Source: Squalus acanthias
Taxonomy: Eukaryota
Direction of reading: 5' to 3'
Length of the DNA: 64,000 bases
NCBI GenBank assembly: GCA_030390025.1
Contig: CM059447.1
Location: 48,856,001-48,920,000, forward strand
This document shows positions 13,570 through 24,968 of the stretch, piece after piece. A model generated the notes under the pieces. It was not told the origin of the DNA, ran no database searches, and saw nothing but the letters and a program-made list of their open reading frames with translations. The first letter of the stretch is position 1, and each line of letters starts with the position of its first letter. A program made the position numbers and the translations under genes.

Positions 13570-16500
13570 ATGTTAAAGGCAGCTTTTTCCCTGATCCTCA
13601 TTGTCCACGTGTTCTGGCCTTACGGTGAGTGAGACACGGTTCCAAGCTCCTAAATGGAATCAGCCAAAAACTGGAAACAATGGACTGTGTTTACTAAGGC
13701 GAAAATGTGACCGAGCTAACAGCTGATATTTTCGCCCCCTCCCTATCTCTGTGACCTCCTCCAGCTCTGCAACCCTCCGTGATCTCTGCGCTCCTCCCAT
13801 TTTGGCCTCTTGAACATCGCCCGATTTCCATCGCTCCATCATTGGTGGCCATGCCTTCAGTTGCCTGGGCCCTAAGCTCTGGAATTCCCTCCCTAAACCT
13901 CTCCGCCTCTCTCTCCTCCTTTAAGACGCTCCTTAGCACTTAGCTCTTTGACCCTGTCCTAATATCTCTTTCTGTGGCTCGGTGTCAAATTTGTGTAAAG
14001 CGCCTGGGGTCGTTTAGTTACATTAAAGGCGATGTATCAAAGAAAGTTGTTGTTGATAATGTTGGTTTACTTTCTGGTCCTTCTATAAGGCGAAGTAAAG
14101 GCAAACCAGAGAATGGATATAACAAGCAATAACTGAAGGCAATAATGATGCTGTTCTTAAATTACAGGCGAGGTGTTTCAACGCGGCTTCTTTCTATCGC
14201 TCAATAATCAGTTCTAATGTAACAATAATCCTTCTAGTTGCAGAATCCCAGCCCTTTCTGTCTCGGAGCCCCTTCACAGTTACAGCCGGAGTCGGCCAGT
14301 CGGTTGAATTGGAATGTCACCAGGTTCATGTAGTGGAATTGGTGAATAGCTATTTCTGGTACAAGCAGCGTGTGGGTGAAGCCCCGAGACTAATCGATAT
14401 CCCATCCTGTAATCGGACCGATTGCAAGTTTACTTCTAAAAGAGGACACACCAAATATATACTGATCCTGGAAATCCGCAATGTGCAGGTGGCTGACACC
14501 GGCTCCTATTACTGTGCTGATAGGGATGGCTATGCACCGCTCGGGAATGGATCCACACTGCTGGTTGGAGGTAAGAGCAAAACCAAATTGAATTCAGATC
14601 ATGCACAGCAATATCATTCGGTGTAAACTAAGAGTTAACTGTGTCCCAATCCCTGTCCAGACAGTTCCACACCCAAGACGGCTGTGCTGGTGTTTGCTCT
14701 GCCGGGGGAGCCGCATTTAAGGGACACCGTCCCCTTGGTGTGTTTGGTCACTGGCGTCTCCTCGAACCAGATTGCTCTTTACTGGAACGTTACCGGACAG
14801 GTGACCAAAGGACAGAGCGATTCCGGTACACTGAACCCGGACATGACCTACAGCATCAGAAGCCATGTGATGGTCTCGAGGGAAGCCTGGAGAAGCGGCG
14901 GGGTCTGCACCTGTATTGTTGAACTGGGTTCCAAGGACAAATCTTGGGCCAAGAGCGTGTCGCGCCCCAAAACAGTGACAGGTGAGTCGGTGATCTGTAT
15001 AGCGAAGGTCAGTATTCAGCTTTAGCGTCAGTCGGAGTAGTTCACTCGCTCCTAAGCGCCTGAAGTCTGTAAATAAAGCAACACCACGGGATGAGCATGA
15101 ATATCTATATATCAGGAGAATAGTGCGATCAGTCTGTTATAAAATACATTGAAACAAGCTACGGTTACCCTCCGTCCCAGGTCTTGTAAATACTTCCTCC
15201 GCTCTTGGCTGACTTTAGATTTCTGCGGGTCATTTTAGAATCAAAGAATGATACAGCACAGAAGGAGGCCATTCGGCCCATCGTGCCTGTGCCGGCTCTT
15301 TGAAAGAGCTCCCCAATTAATCCCACTCCTTCCCTGCTCTTTCCCCACAGCCCTTGCAAAATTTTCCCCTTCAAGTATTTATCCGATTCCCTTTTGAAAG
15401 TTATTCGTGAATCAGCTTCCACCGCCCTTTCAGGCAGCGCATCCTGGAATGGATTGGAGTGAACGCGCTTTCTGACCTGAAACTGGTCAAGAGATGCGGT
15501 GAAATAGTTGGCTGAACGCGTCTGCTGGGATCAGACGCTCACTCATTTCCACCCGTTTATTTTCTCGTTTCCCGTTTTAAAGACCCGAACCCCCCTTATC
15601 GATCCCCACTTTCCCCATGAAATATATTTTCATGTAATCGGATTATGAAGCTTCACTGAAATTGGGTAATTGTTCCAATTTATCACTCATAAAACATGGC
15701 GGGTGTATGAGCATAAATCTTTGAAGGTGGCAGGACAAGTCGAGAAGACTGTTAAAAAAACATATGGACTCTTTGGCTTTATTAATAGAGGATTAGAGTA
15801 CAGAAGCAAGGAAGTTATGCTAAACCTTTATAAAGCAATGGTTGGGCCACAGCTGGAGTATTGTGTCTAATTCTGGGCACCACACTTTAGGAAGGATGGA
15901 GAGAGAACATTTCGCACAATGGTCCCAGGGATGAGGGACTTCAGTTATTGGGAGAGACTGGAGAAGCTGGGATTGTTCTCCTTAGAGCAGAGAAGGTTAA
16001 GAGGAGATTTAATAGAAGTGTAAAATCATGAATCATGAAGGGTTCTGATAGAATAAATAAGGAGAAATTTTTCCCATTGGCAGAAGGGTCGGGAACCAGA
16101 GGACACAGATTTAAGGTGATTGGCAAAAGAACCAGAGGGGAGATGAGGAAACAATTTTTTACGCAGCGAGTTGTTGTGACCTGGAATGCGCTGCCTGAAA
16201 GGGCAGTGGGAGCAGGTTCAATAGTAACTTTCAAAAGAGAATTGGATAAATACTTGAAGGGATAACATTAACAGGGCTATGGGAAAAGAGAAGGGGAGTG
16301 GGTCTAATTCGGTAGCTCCACCAATGAGCCGGCACAGCCACGATGGGTTCCTTCTGTGCTCTAACCATTCTATGATTCAGTTTTCAAATAGGATGTTTTG
16401 ATTGTGCATTATTAAAATTATGGGGCAATACTGAGAGTGCCGTCTGTCAATTTGCCTCAACCACCAAACTAGTGCAATTTATTCCATTAATAGCTTTCAC

Positions 16501-19500
16501 TTGTCCAATATGCGTCGCATTGACTGGTTTGTCCTGTCACACCCCGGGTTTGATGCTCCTTCATTGTAACTGGTTCACGTTTCTCATCAGAGAATCCCAG
16601 AAAGTAATGGCTTGACCCAGCAGCATTTTCTAAGTGTTTCTCTCTGTAGGGTGGTGCATTCTGACCCTTCCCTTTGCCATAACTGTCTCGGTGATCCTGG
16701 TTCTGGTATTGATCTTCATTTCCATTTGGAATCATAAAAGCGGCAGATCAGGTGAGAATTTACGTTTTTCAGGAATATTTGAATAAATGTTTGTTTAATG
16801 TGATTCCCTTCTCGAAGCGTTAAATACTAATTACAGTTAATTGTTTCAGAAGAACGAGTCAACAGACCCCACAATGAAAGGTGAGTAACTGAACCATTTA
16901 CAAAGTCCATCAGTAACAATCTCACTGTATTTAACACATGTGTCAAAATACAGTTAACCCCAACTCCAATTTCAATATTTTCCACGTTCTTTTAAGATTG
17001 ATTCAAGGTCCATTCCACAATTCTGTTCTCAATATTTATGGCATGTGACCAAGGATTTACAAGAAGTAATGCTTGTTTAATATTTTTGTTTGCATACAGT
17101 TTTAGTTTGAGAGAGAGAACGAAAAGAGCGGGAAGAAATGAGCAACACTCGGGTGAGTTGGATTGCAATGTTGGTGCAGATAGAACATCAATTATGGGAT
17201 ATTTCAAAGATCAATAAGTGCATTTCCCGCCATCAAACTGTCCTGCCCTCGTGCTCCTGTCTGCCGGACTCACAGAAAGGCTAATTATTGGTTATTAATG
17301 CTGACAATTATGTATCAGATGGACAATAGACGCCAGACACCGGGGGTGGATCATCCATGTCCATCCATTGGCATATGGGGGTACCATTGGCGTATTGGGG
17401 TACCATTGGTGCATTAGAGTACCCTTGGCATATTGGGGGTTCATTGGCTTATTGAGATATTATTGAGATATTATTGGTGGACCATTGACACATTGGGGTA
17501 CCATTGGCATATTGGGGGATAATTGGCATAATGAGGGACCATTGATGTATTGGAGCACCATTGGGTCATTGATGGACAATTGGCGTATTGGGCTGTAATT
17601 GGCGTATTGGGGGATCATTGGCTTATTGGGGTACCATTGGCGTATTGGTGGACCATTGTCGTATTGGTGGACCATTGGCATTTTGGGGTACCATTGGCAT
17701 ATTGGTGGACCATTGTCGTATTGGGGTACCATTGGCATATTAGTGGACCACTGGCGTATTAGGGGACCATTGGTGCATGGTGCCTCTGTAATTAATTATA
17801 GATTAGCCAGAATTGAGAATGTTTAAATTCATATTCTTAACTGTTGATACACAGGTGACACCCGTCAAATGGAGGCGAAGCGGACACATCAGGGTGCAAT
17901 ACATGTAAGTAAGTTCATTGAACCTGTTGCAATAATATACAGGAACTTGGTGATTTCTGGGATGGGTGCAATGCGCCACATGCGGGATATTTCACACAGT
18001 TGGCATTGAGCAGGTCATAGATCAGATCATCTTAATTTGCAGCGAATCCCACTCGTTGCTCCAACTGGAAACAGAACATATCCCGCAGCCCTCTTCCCAT
18101 GTGATAATAGAAAGGAGAGGTTAATGTTCCGGGTAGAATGCCTTCACCAGACTTTACTGCGGACTTCCAGCAGTTTCAGGTTCTATTTCAGATTTCCAGC
18201 TTTTTGCTATTTTCTATTCTTTTTATCTCTACATTGAGTCCATGTCCACTCCCCCCACAAACCCCCGGCCCCTCCCATCCGGCGGAAATATTGTTTTTAA
18301 TATATTAGCACAGTTATTATTATGAAGATTCTGAAATAAGACGACACCCAGAATAGTTTCACAGATAAGTCAAAATATATTTCTATGATAAGTCGTCAAA
18401 GAAGGAATCAGTTTGGAGAGAATGTGATTGTGTGTGTGAGAGTGTGAGTATGTGTGTGTGTGTGAGAGTGTGTGTGTGAGTGTAAGTGTGTGTGAGTGTG
18501 AGTGTGTGAGTGTGAGTGAGTGAGTGTGAGTGTGAGTGAATGTCTGAGAGGGTGAGTGTGCGAGTATGTGCGTGTGTGTGTTTGTGAATGTGTAAGTGAG
18601 TGTGCGTGCATGTGATTGTCAGCCGTGGCTCAGTGGGTAGCACTCTCGCCTCTGAGTCAGAAGGTCATTGGTTCAAGTCCCACTCCAGAGACTTGAGCCC
18701 ATAATCCAGGCCGACACTCCCAGTGCAGTACTGAGGGAGCGCTGCACTGTCGGAGGGGCAGTACTGAGGGAGCGTTGTACTGTCGGAGGGGCAGCACTGA
18801 GGGAGCGCCGCAATGTCGGAGGGGCATTACTGAGGGAGTGCCGCACTGTCGGAGGGGTAGTACTGAAGGAGTGCCGCACTGTCGGAGGGGCAGTACTGAA
18901 GGAGCTCTGCACTGTCGGAGGGCAGTACTGAGGGAGCGCTGCACTGTCGGAGGGGCAGTACTGAGGGAGCACCGTACTGTCGGAGGGGCAGTACTGAGGG
19001 AGCGTTGCACTGTCGGAGGGGCAGTACTGAGGGAGCGTTGCACTGTCAGAGGTGCCGTCTTTCAGATGAGATGTTAAACTGAGGCCCCGTCTGCCCTCTC
19101 AGGTGGACTTAAATGAACTCACGCCACTATCTCGAAGAAGAGCATAGGAGAGTTCTCCCTGGGGTCCTGGGCCAATGTTTGTCCCTCAACCAACATCACT
19201 AAAAAATAGATTATCTGATCATTATCACATGGCTGTTTGTGGAAACTTGCTGTGCGCAGATTGGCTGCCGTGTTTCCTACATTACAACAGTAACTACACT
19301 TCAAAAGTACTTCATTGGCTGTGAAGCGCTTTGGGACGTCCTGAGAACGTGAAAGATGCTGTAGAAATGCAAGTCTTATCTTTTATGATGTGTGATTGAG
19401 TGTGTGTGTGATTCTGTCTTGGTGTGATTGATTGTATGTGTGTGAGAGTGATTGAGTGTCTGTGTGTGTGATTCTGTCTTGGTGTGATTGATTGTTGTGT

Positions 19501-20275
19501 GTCTGAGTGTTTGAGTGTCTGTGTGTGTGTGATTATGTCTGGGTATGATTGAGTGTCTGTGTGTGTGATTCTGTCTTGGTGTGATTGATTGTTGTGTGTC
19601 TGAGTGTTTGAGTGTCTGTGTGTGTGTGATTATGTCTGGGTATGATTGAGTGTCTGTGTGTGTGTGATTATGTCTGGGTATGATTGATCAATGTAACCTT
19701 GCAGATGGCGCATGGCGAAACATGGCCGTCTGATTGGATTGTTTTGATGTGTCTATCCTATCAAACAGATAGACTCATCATCCCAGTTTTCTGATTAAAT
19801 GTTGGTGATTTCTGGGTTAATCTGCTTTACGAGTTGTGCTCCTCTGTGTGTTAAAACATTAATTCAGACAGTTCTTGTGTGGACATATTAAGCAAAAGAT
19901 TCTCAAATTTATAAAGAGGATGGTGGAAGCAGATTCAATGCTTAATTTCAAAAGCGAATTGGATAAATACTCGAAGGATAAAAATGTGCAGGGCTGTGGG
20001 GAAAAGCAGGGAGAGTGGGACTAATCGGAGAGCTCTTTCAAAGAGCCGGCACAGGGACGATGGGCCGAACGGCCTCCTTCTGTGCTGCATCATTCTCTGA
20101 TTCCATGAACGCGACTGCAGGACGAGATAGCTTGACCTGCCTTTAAATATCTTGAAATGTCAATGTTTAATATATTTTCCTGTCTCAGGGCGGCCCTCGA
20201 GACCAGCCTCTTTACGCCTCTCTGCAATTTGCTGCCTCGGAAAAGTCATCAAAAAAGAAGGCGGGTCGCAGATGA
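13570..20275 (+). CDS. Gene A: non-rearranging antigen-receptor-like IgSF membrane protein (leader-VJ-C1-TM-cytoplasmic ITIM-like), 343 aa
   Basis: Exons 13570-13624 (MLKAAFSLILIVHVFWPY), 14238-14570 (VJ), 14661-14981 (C1), 16650-16751 (TM), 16850-16880, 17100-17152, 17855-17904, 20189-20275 (GGPRDQPLYASLQFAASEKSSKKKAGRR*). All introns are GT-AG with matching phases (1,1,1,1,2,1,0) and there is no internal stop. In-frame alternative acceptors at 14244 and 17106 are possible. AATAAA at 20609-20619. Confidence 0.85.
14238..14570 (+). CDS. Gene A exon 2: V-set Ig domain with fused J-like G strand
   Basis: VELEC (B-strand Cys), WYKQRVGEAPRL (C-strand Trp), DTGSYYC (F strand) and LGNGSTLLVG (GxG J-like), all in one exon; phase-1 boundaries. 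Confidence 0.93.
14661..14981 (+). CDS. Gene A exon 3: C1-type Ig constant domain
   Basis: VPLVCLVTG..W..PDMTYSIRSHVMVSREAWRSGGVCTC resembles the IgL/TCR C1 pattern (LxCLV, TYSxxSxL, WxSGxxYxC); acceptor cag at 14658-14660 and donor gtgagt at 14982. Confidence 0.9.
16650..16751 (+). CDS. Gene A exon 4: transmembrane exon with membrane-proximal Cys
   Basis: ctgtag|GWCILTLPFAITVSVILVLVLIFISIWNHKSGRS|gtgaga; hydrophobic run without a charged residue. Confidence 0.85.
17365..17772. repeat. ~19-20 bp minisatellite (ccattggcRtattggggta) in gene A intron 6
   Basis: About 20 degenerate tandem units. Confidence 0.85.
18415..18615. repeat. (GT/GA)n compound microsatellite
   Basis: Direct inspection. 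Similar tracts lie at 2437-2510 (CT), 8325-8500 (CA) and 19390-19690 (TG-rich). Confidence 0.9.
18620..19383 (+). mobile_element. Full-length Deu-domain SINE with a ~10-unit 33-bp array (gene A intron 7)
   Basis: A-box-like head gccgtggctcagtgggtag, B-box, array, body and tail. Confidence 0.85.
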
Positions 20276-20608
20276 GAGCCCGAAGGGTTTCTATCCGATT
20301 AATGCGGGAGGAGACCGGACTTACAAAAGAACCCACAGCCTGCGGGGAATGAGAATAGAGCCACGGAGACTCCCGTCAAACATCTGAACTATCTGCCTGC
20401 ACTCGCCAGAGTTTGCAAAGACTCTTTCTATTCAATGTAAACGAACGTGCTTTGAGTATTGTAAAGATACTCCACTGCATTAGTGTAATTCAAGTGTGAG
20501 ACAAACATTAAGAGCAGGGACTTCTCGGTTTGGTGTTTCTCTGAACCTTTCCTGCTCATCCTGCAGCTCCAGTTAGTAACAAGATTTTTATTTGCAAATG
20601 CTTGTGTA

Positions 20609-20619
20609 AATAAAATAAA
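20609..20619 (+). terminator. Overlapping AATAAA polyadenylation signals for gene A
   Basis: aataaaataaa about 335 nt after the stop codon. Confidence 0.65.
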
Positions 20620-23534
20620 TTATTCTTCGAATGTAAAGATGCACGAGAGGTTCCTATCGATCAATACTTCACTTATAATTAAATGTGATCAGGATAAAAC
20701 TTGAATGACTATTGAGCTGACAATATCGGTCCTGAATTGAGATACTGTTAGTGGCGATATCCTCTGTCTGAGAAGCGAGATACTTAATCATTTACAGACT
20801 AAGATGACAACAGGAGAGAATCGCGGGCAGAGATGTGGGGATTTGTGCCTGGTTCCATTTTACCTTTGGGGTAGTGTGTTTTGCTATGTGTAGTAATGTC
20901 AAAACTACATGTCAGAGACAGATGGTGAGTGTAGCGTGGCTTGTGAGGAATGGGTGACTTTGGACCTGTGGTTTCCTAAAACTCTCCACCACTGGAGCTT
21001 TGCTCACGTCAGGTCTGGGTCTCTTGTAGACTCGTGGGTAGGGATGGATTGCCATGACAACCCCATTATCATTGTATCATGCGACTACCAGGATGGTAGA
21101 AGGTGAACTCGGTGGACCTTGGCCTCTTCTCGTCTAGCAATTCCTATGTTCAAGATCCCAGGTATGCACAGTATTGGGAGAGAATATTCAACCAGAGACA
21201 GGATTGCATCATAGGTGGTTATATTGCTTTATCCATCAGAGTCAGATCAGTCTAAGTATTCCCCTTCTGATTAGATTTGAAATCAGCATGTACAACCGGA
21301 TGAGATTCAGGAGCAACACAAAAAGTTCTTGGCAAAGACCCTTTCAAATCCATCTCCCAGAAACTGTCCAATAAATTACATGAGGATTTGAATAAATTCC
21401 TCACAACCGTATTCTTGTTAATGTTGATTTACATTATATTATAGGGTTCTGTAACGCGGATCGAAATTCACCAGGACGATACCGGGGCAAAAAGGGTTAA
21501 ATTATGAGGACAGGTTGCACAGACTCGGCTTGTATTCTCTTGAATATAGAAGATTAAGGAGGTGGTCCAATTGAGGTGTTTAAGATGATTAAAGGAGTTA
21601 ATAGGGCAGATAGTGAGAAACTATTTCTCTGGTGGGGAGCGTCCAGAACAAGGGGGGAATCAGCTTCAAATTAGAGCCAGGCCGTTCAGGGGCGATGTCA
21701 GAAAGCACTTCTTCACACAAAGGGTAGTGGAAATCTGGAACTCTCTCATCCAAAAAGCTGTTGAGGCTGGGGGTCAATTGAAATTTTCAACACGGGATTG
21801 ATAGATTTTTGTTGGGTAAGGGTATTAAGGGTTACGGAACCAAGGTGGGTAAATGGAGTTAAGATACAGATCAGCCGTGATCTAATTGAATGGCGGAACG
21901 TGCTCGAGGGGCTGAATGGCCTCCTCCTGTTCCAATGTTCCTGTCGCCAGTAGGATAATTAGTTCGGACTACTAAAAGGCAAATTGAAGACTGATTTCTG
22001 GAGGTTCATCACACAAGGAGTGATCAGCACATGGAATGGTCCTCTGGGTAGGGCGGTGTTAATGAAAACCCCTGGAGTCATTTAGGAAACAGTTTGACTG
22101 CCCTGATGGGCCAGAAGGTCAGAACCTTTCTGGATTCCTGAGCTAAGTTTGGTAGAAAGGCCTTTTTCACCTGCAGTGATCTTGTGACAAGTGTCTCCAA
22201 ATACTCTTTGCAATATCTGTGCAGAATATTTTGACAGCAGAATATCGTTAATTTCGGCAAGTTTCTATCCCCTCGGGACATGAATTACAAGAGCTTCTCG
22301 ATGAGATCGGCGAACTCGGTGGACCTTGGCCTTTTCTCGTCTAGCGAATCCTAAGTTCAAGCTCCCAGGTTTGCACGGTATTGGGGAGAGAATATTAAGC
22401 CAGAGACAGGATTGCACCATCGGTGGTTATTTCCCTTCTCTGATTTGTAATTGAGAATAAAGTAACAGGCAGTATGGACCGGAAACGTGAAATTCTACAG
22501 AGAGCGCTGCAGTGTTTCACCCTCAACCAATGAAAGTGATGTTGTACATCCCCCAAAGGGAAATTTCCGCAGTAATCCATTCCCTACAGTAGAGGTTCCT
22601 CTGGAATGTGCAGATCGGGACGTTTCTTAACTCCATCTTTTTTTTATTCGTTCATGGGATGTGGGCGTCGCTGGCAAGGCCAGCATTTATTGCCCATCCC
22701 TAATTGTCCTCGAGAAGGTGGTGGTGAGCCGCCTTCTTGAACCGCTGCAGTCCGTGTGGTGAATGTACTCCGACAGTGCTGTTAGGGAGGGAGTTACAGG
22801 ATTTTGACACAGCTACGATGAAGGAACGGCCCGATATATTTCCAAGTCAGGATGGTGTGTGTGACTCGGAGGGCAACTTGGAGGTGGTGGTGTTCCCATG
22901 CGCCTGCTGCCCTTGTCCTTCTAGGTGGTGGATTTCGCGGGTTAGGGAAGTGCTGCCAAAGAAGCCTTGGCGAGTTGGTGCAGTGCATCTACCCACCTTG
23001 GTTCCATATCCCTTAAAACCCTTGCCTAACAAAAATCTAACCACCTCACTTGTGACATATTCAATTGACCCCCAGCCTCAACTATTTTTTTTTGGTGGGG
23101 GGAGAGTTCCAGAATTCCACCACCCTTTGTGTGAAGAAGTGCTTCCTGACATCACCCCTGAACGGCGTGTCTCTAATTTTAAGTTGTTGTCCCCCTTGTT
23201 CTGGACTAGCCCCACCCCACCCCCCACCCCACCCCACCCCCACCAGAGGAAATATTTGCTCTCTCTCCACCCTATCAACTCCTTGAAGCATCTTAAACTC
23301 ATCAGTTAGATCACCCCCTAATCTTCGATATTCAAGGGGATTCAAGCCTGGTCTATGCAAACTGTCCTCATAATTTAAACCTTTTAGCCCCTGTAAAAGT
23401 ATCTGGTTAATTCTTATACGAGGTGAAGCTGGAGGCCTGATTGTATTGTACACTGGAAATTGCTCCACCTCTGAGTTGCAAGTATATTTCCCTACTGTAA
23501 ATAAATGGAACTATCTGTGTGTTGGATAAAATTT

Positions 23535-24308
23535 AGAAACATAGAAACATACAAAAATAGGAGCAGGAGTCGGCCGTTCGGCCATTCGAGCCTGCTCCGC
23601 CATTCAATATGATCATGGCTGATCCTCTATCTCAATACCATATTCCAGCTCTCTCCCCATACCCCTTGATGCCTTTTGTGTCTAGAAATCTATCTATCTC
23701 CTTCTTAAATATATTCAGTGACTTGGCCTCCACAGCCCTCTGTGGTAGAGAATTCCACAGGTTCATCGCCCTCTGAGTGAAGAAATTTCTCCTCATCTCA
23801 GTCCTAAATGTCCTACCCCGTATCGTGAGACTGTGACCCCTCGTTCTAGACCCCCCCCCCCTCCCCCCGCCCAGCCAGGGGACCTCCCTGCATCCAGTCT
23901 GTCTAGCCCTGTCAGAATTTTATGCGTTTCAATGAGATCCCCTCTCATTCTTCTAAACTCTAGTGAATACAGGTCTAGTCGACCCAATCTCTTCTCATAC
24001 GACAGTCCTGCCATCCCAGGAATCAGTCTGGTGAACCTTCACTGCACTGGCTCTATGGCAAGTATATCCTTTCTTAGGTAAGGAGACCAAAACTGCACAC
24101 AGTACTCCAGGTGTGGTCTCATCAAGGCCCTGTATAACTGTGTAAGACATCTTTGCTCCTGTACTCACTTCCTCTTGCAATGAAGGCTAACATACCATTT
24201 GCCTTCCTAACTGTTTGCTGCACCTGCATGTTTGCTTTCAGTGACTGGTTTACAAGGACACCCAGGTCCCTTTGTACATCAACATTTCCCAATCTAGCAC
24301 CATTTAAA
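23535..24308 (-). mobile_element. CR1 3' fragment between the converging 3' ends
   Basis: RT C-terminus plus tail; other LINE pieces occupy 21460-21945 and 22640-23395. Confidence 0.85.
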
Positions 24309-24745
24309 TTACAAAAAGATATTTTACAACATTTCCATTGCTACAAGTAAAGGAAGACGTGTATTTATATAGCACCGCACACGACCTCGGGACGTCGCGA
24401 AGCGCTTTACAGCCAATGAAGTACTTTTGAAGTGTAGTCACTGTTGTAATGTAGGGAGACGCAGCCGCCAATTTGCGCGCAGCAAGATCCCACAAACACA
24501 CACTTCAGCAAAAAGTGCTTCATTGGCTGTAAAGCGCTTTGGGACGTCCTGATGTCGTGAAAGGCGCTGTAGAAAGGCAATTCTCTCTTCTAACAGTTAA
24601 GCAGAATATGAATTTTTCCGATAATTGTCCCTTTAGCAACTGTTATTATCTATTTAAAAAAAAACGGTTCTCTGCTGTGGTGTCTCTCGGTATGATAAAG
24701 AACACATTCTAAATCTGCATGAGATTATAAAGAAAATATAATTGC

Positions 24746-24751
24746 TTTATT
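24746..24751 (-). terminator. AATAAA polyadenylation signal for gene B
   Basis: tttatt on the + strand, about 170 nt after the stop codon. Confidence 0.65.
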
Positions 24752-24920
24752 GAAACGGTAATAAAGATGTTTTAAAAATCATTAATCACATCTACAGGCA
24801 GAGTACAATCACACTGGGAGCTAAGGAATAATTACCGCCCAGTAATTTGAAGAGTCACTGAACACAGGCTGTAATTGATGATGCGGTGAGTGAAGCTTTA
24901 TATCTAAAGGTCTTCCATTC

Positions 24921-24968
24921 TCATGACGATGTGTAATCCGCACCAAACGCCAGGCGCGCGTACAGAAT
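24921..24968 (-). CDS. Gene B terminal exon carrying a canonical ITIM (ILYARL)
   Basis: ctccctcacag|ATT CTG TAC GCG CGC CTG; matches (I/V/L/S)xYxx(L/V); phase 0 fits the preceding exon. Confidence 0.85.
   Translation of the reverse strand: MLYARLAFGADYTSS

Noticed and set aside
17319-17350. Additional gene A cytoplasmic exon
   Set aside because: Stop codon in the required phase and weak donor.
18620-18690. tRNA gene
   Set aside because: tRNA-derived SINE head continuous with the SINE body, not a stand-alone tRNA.
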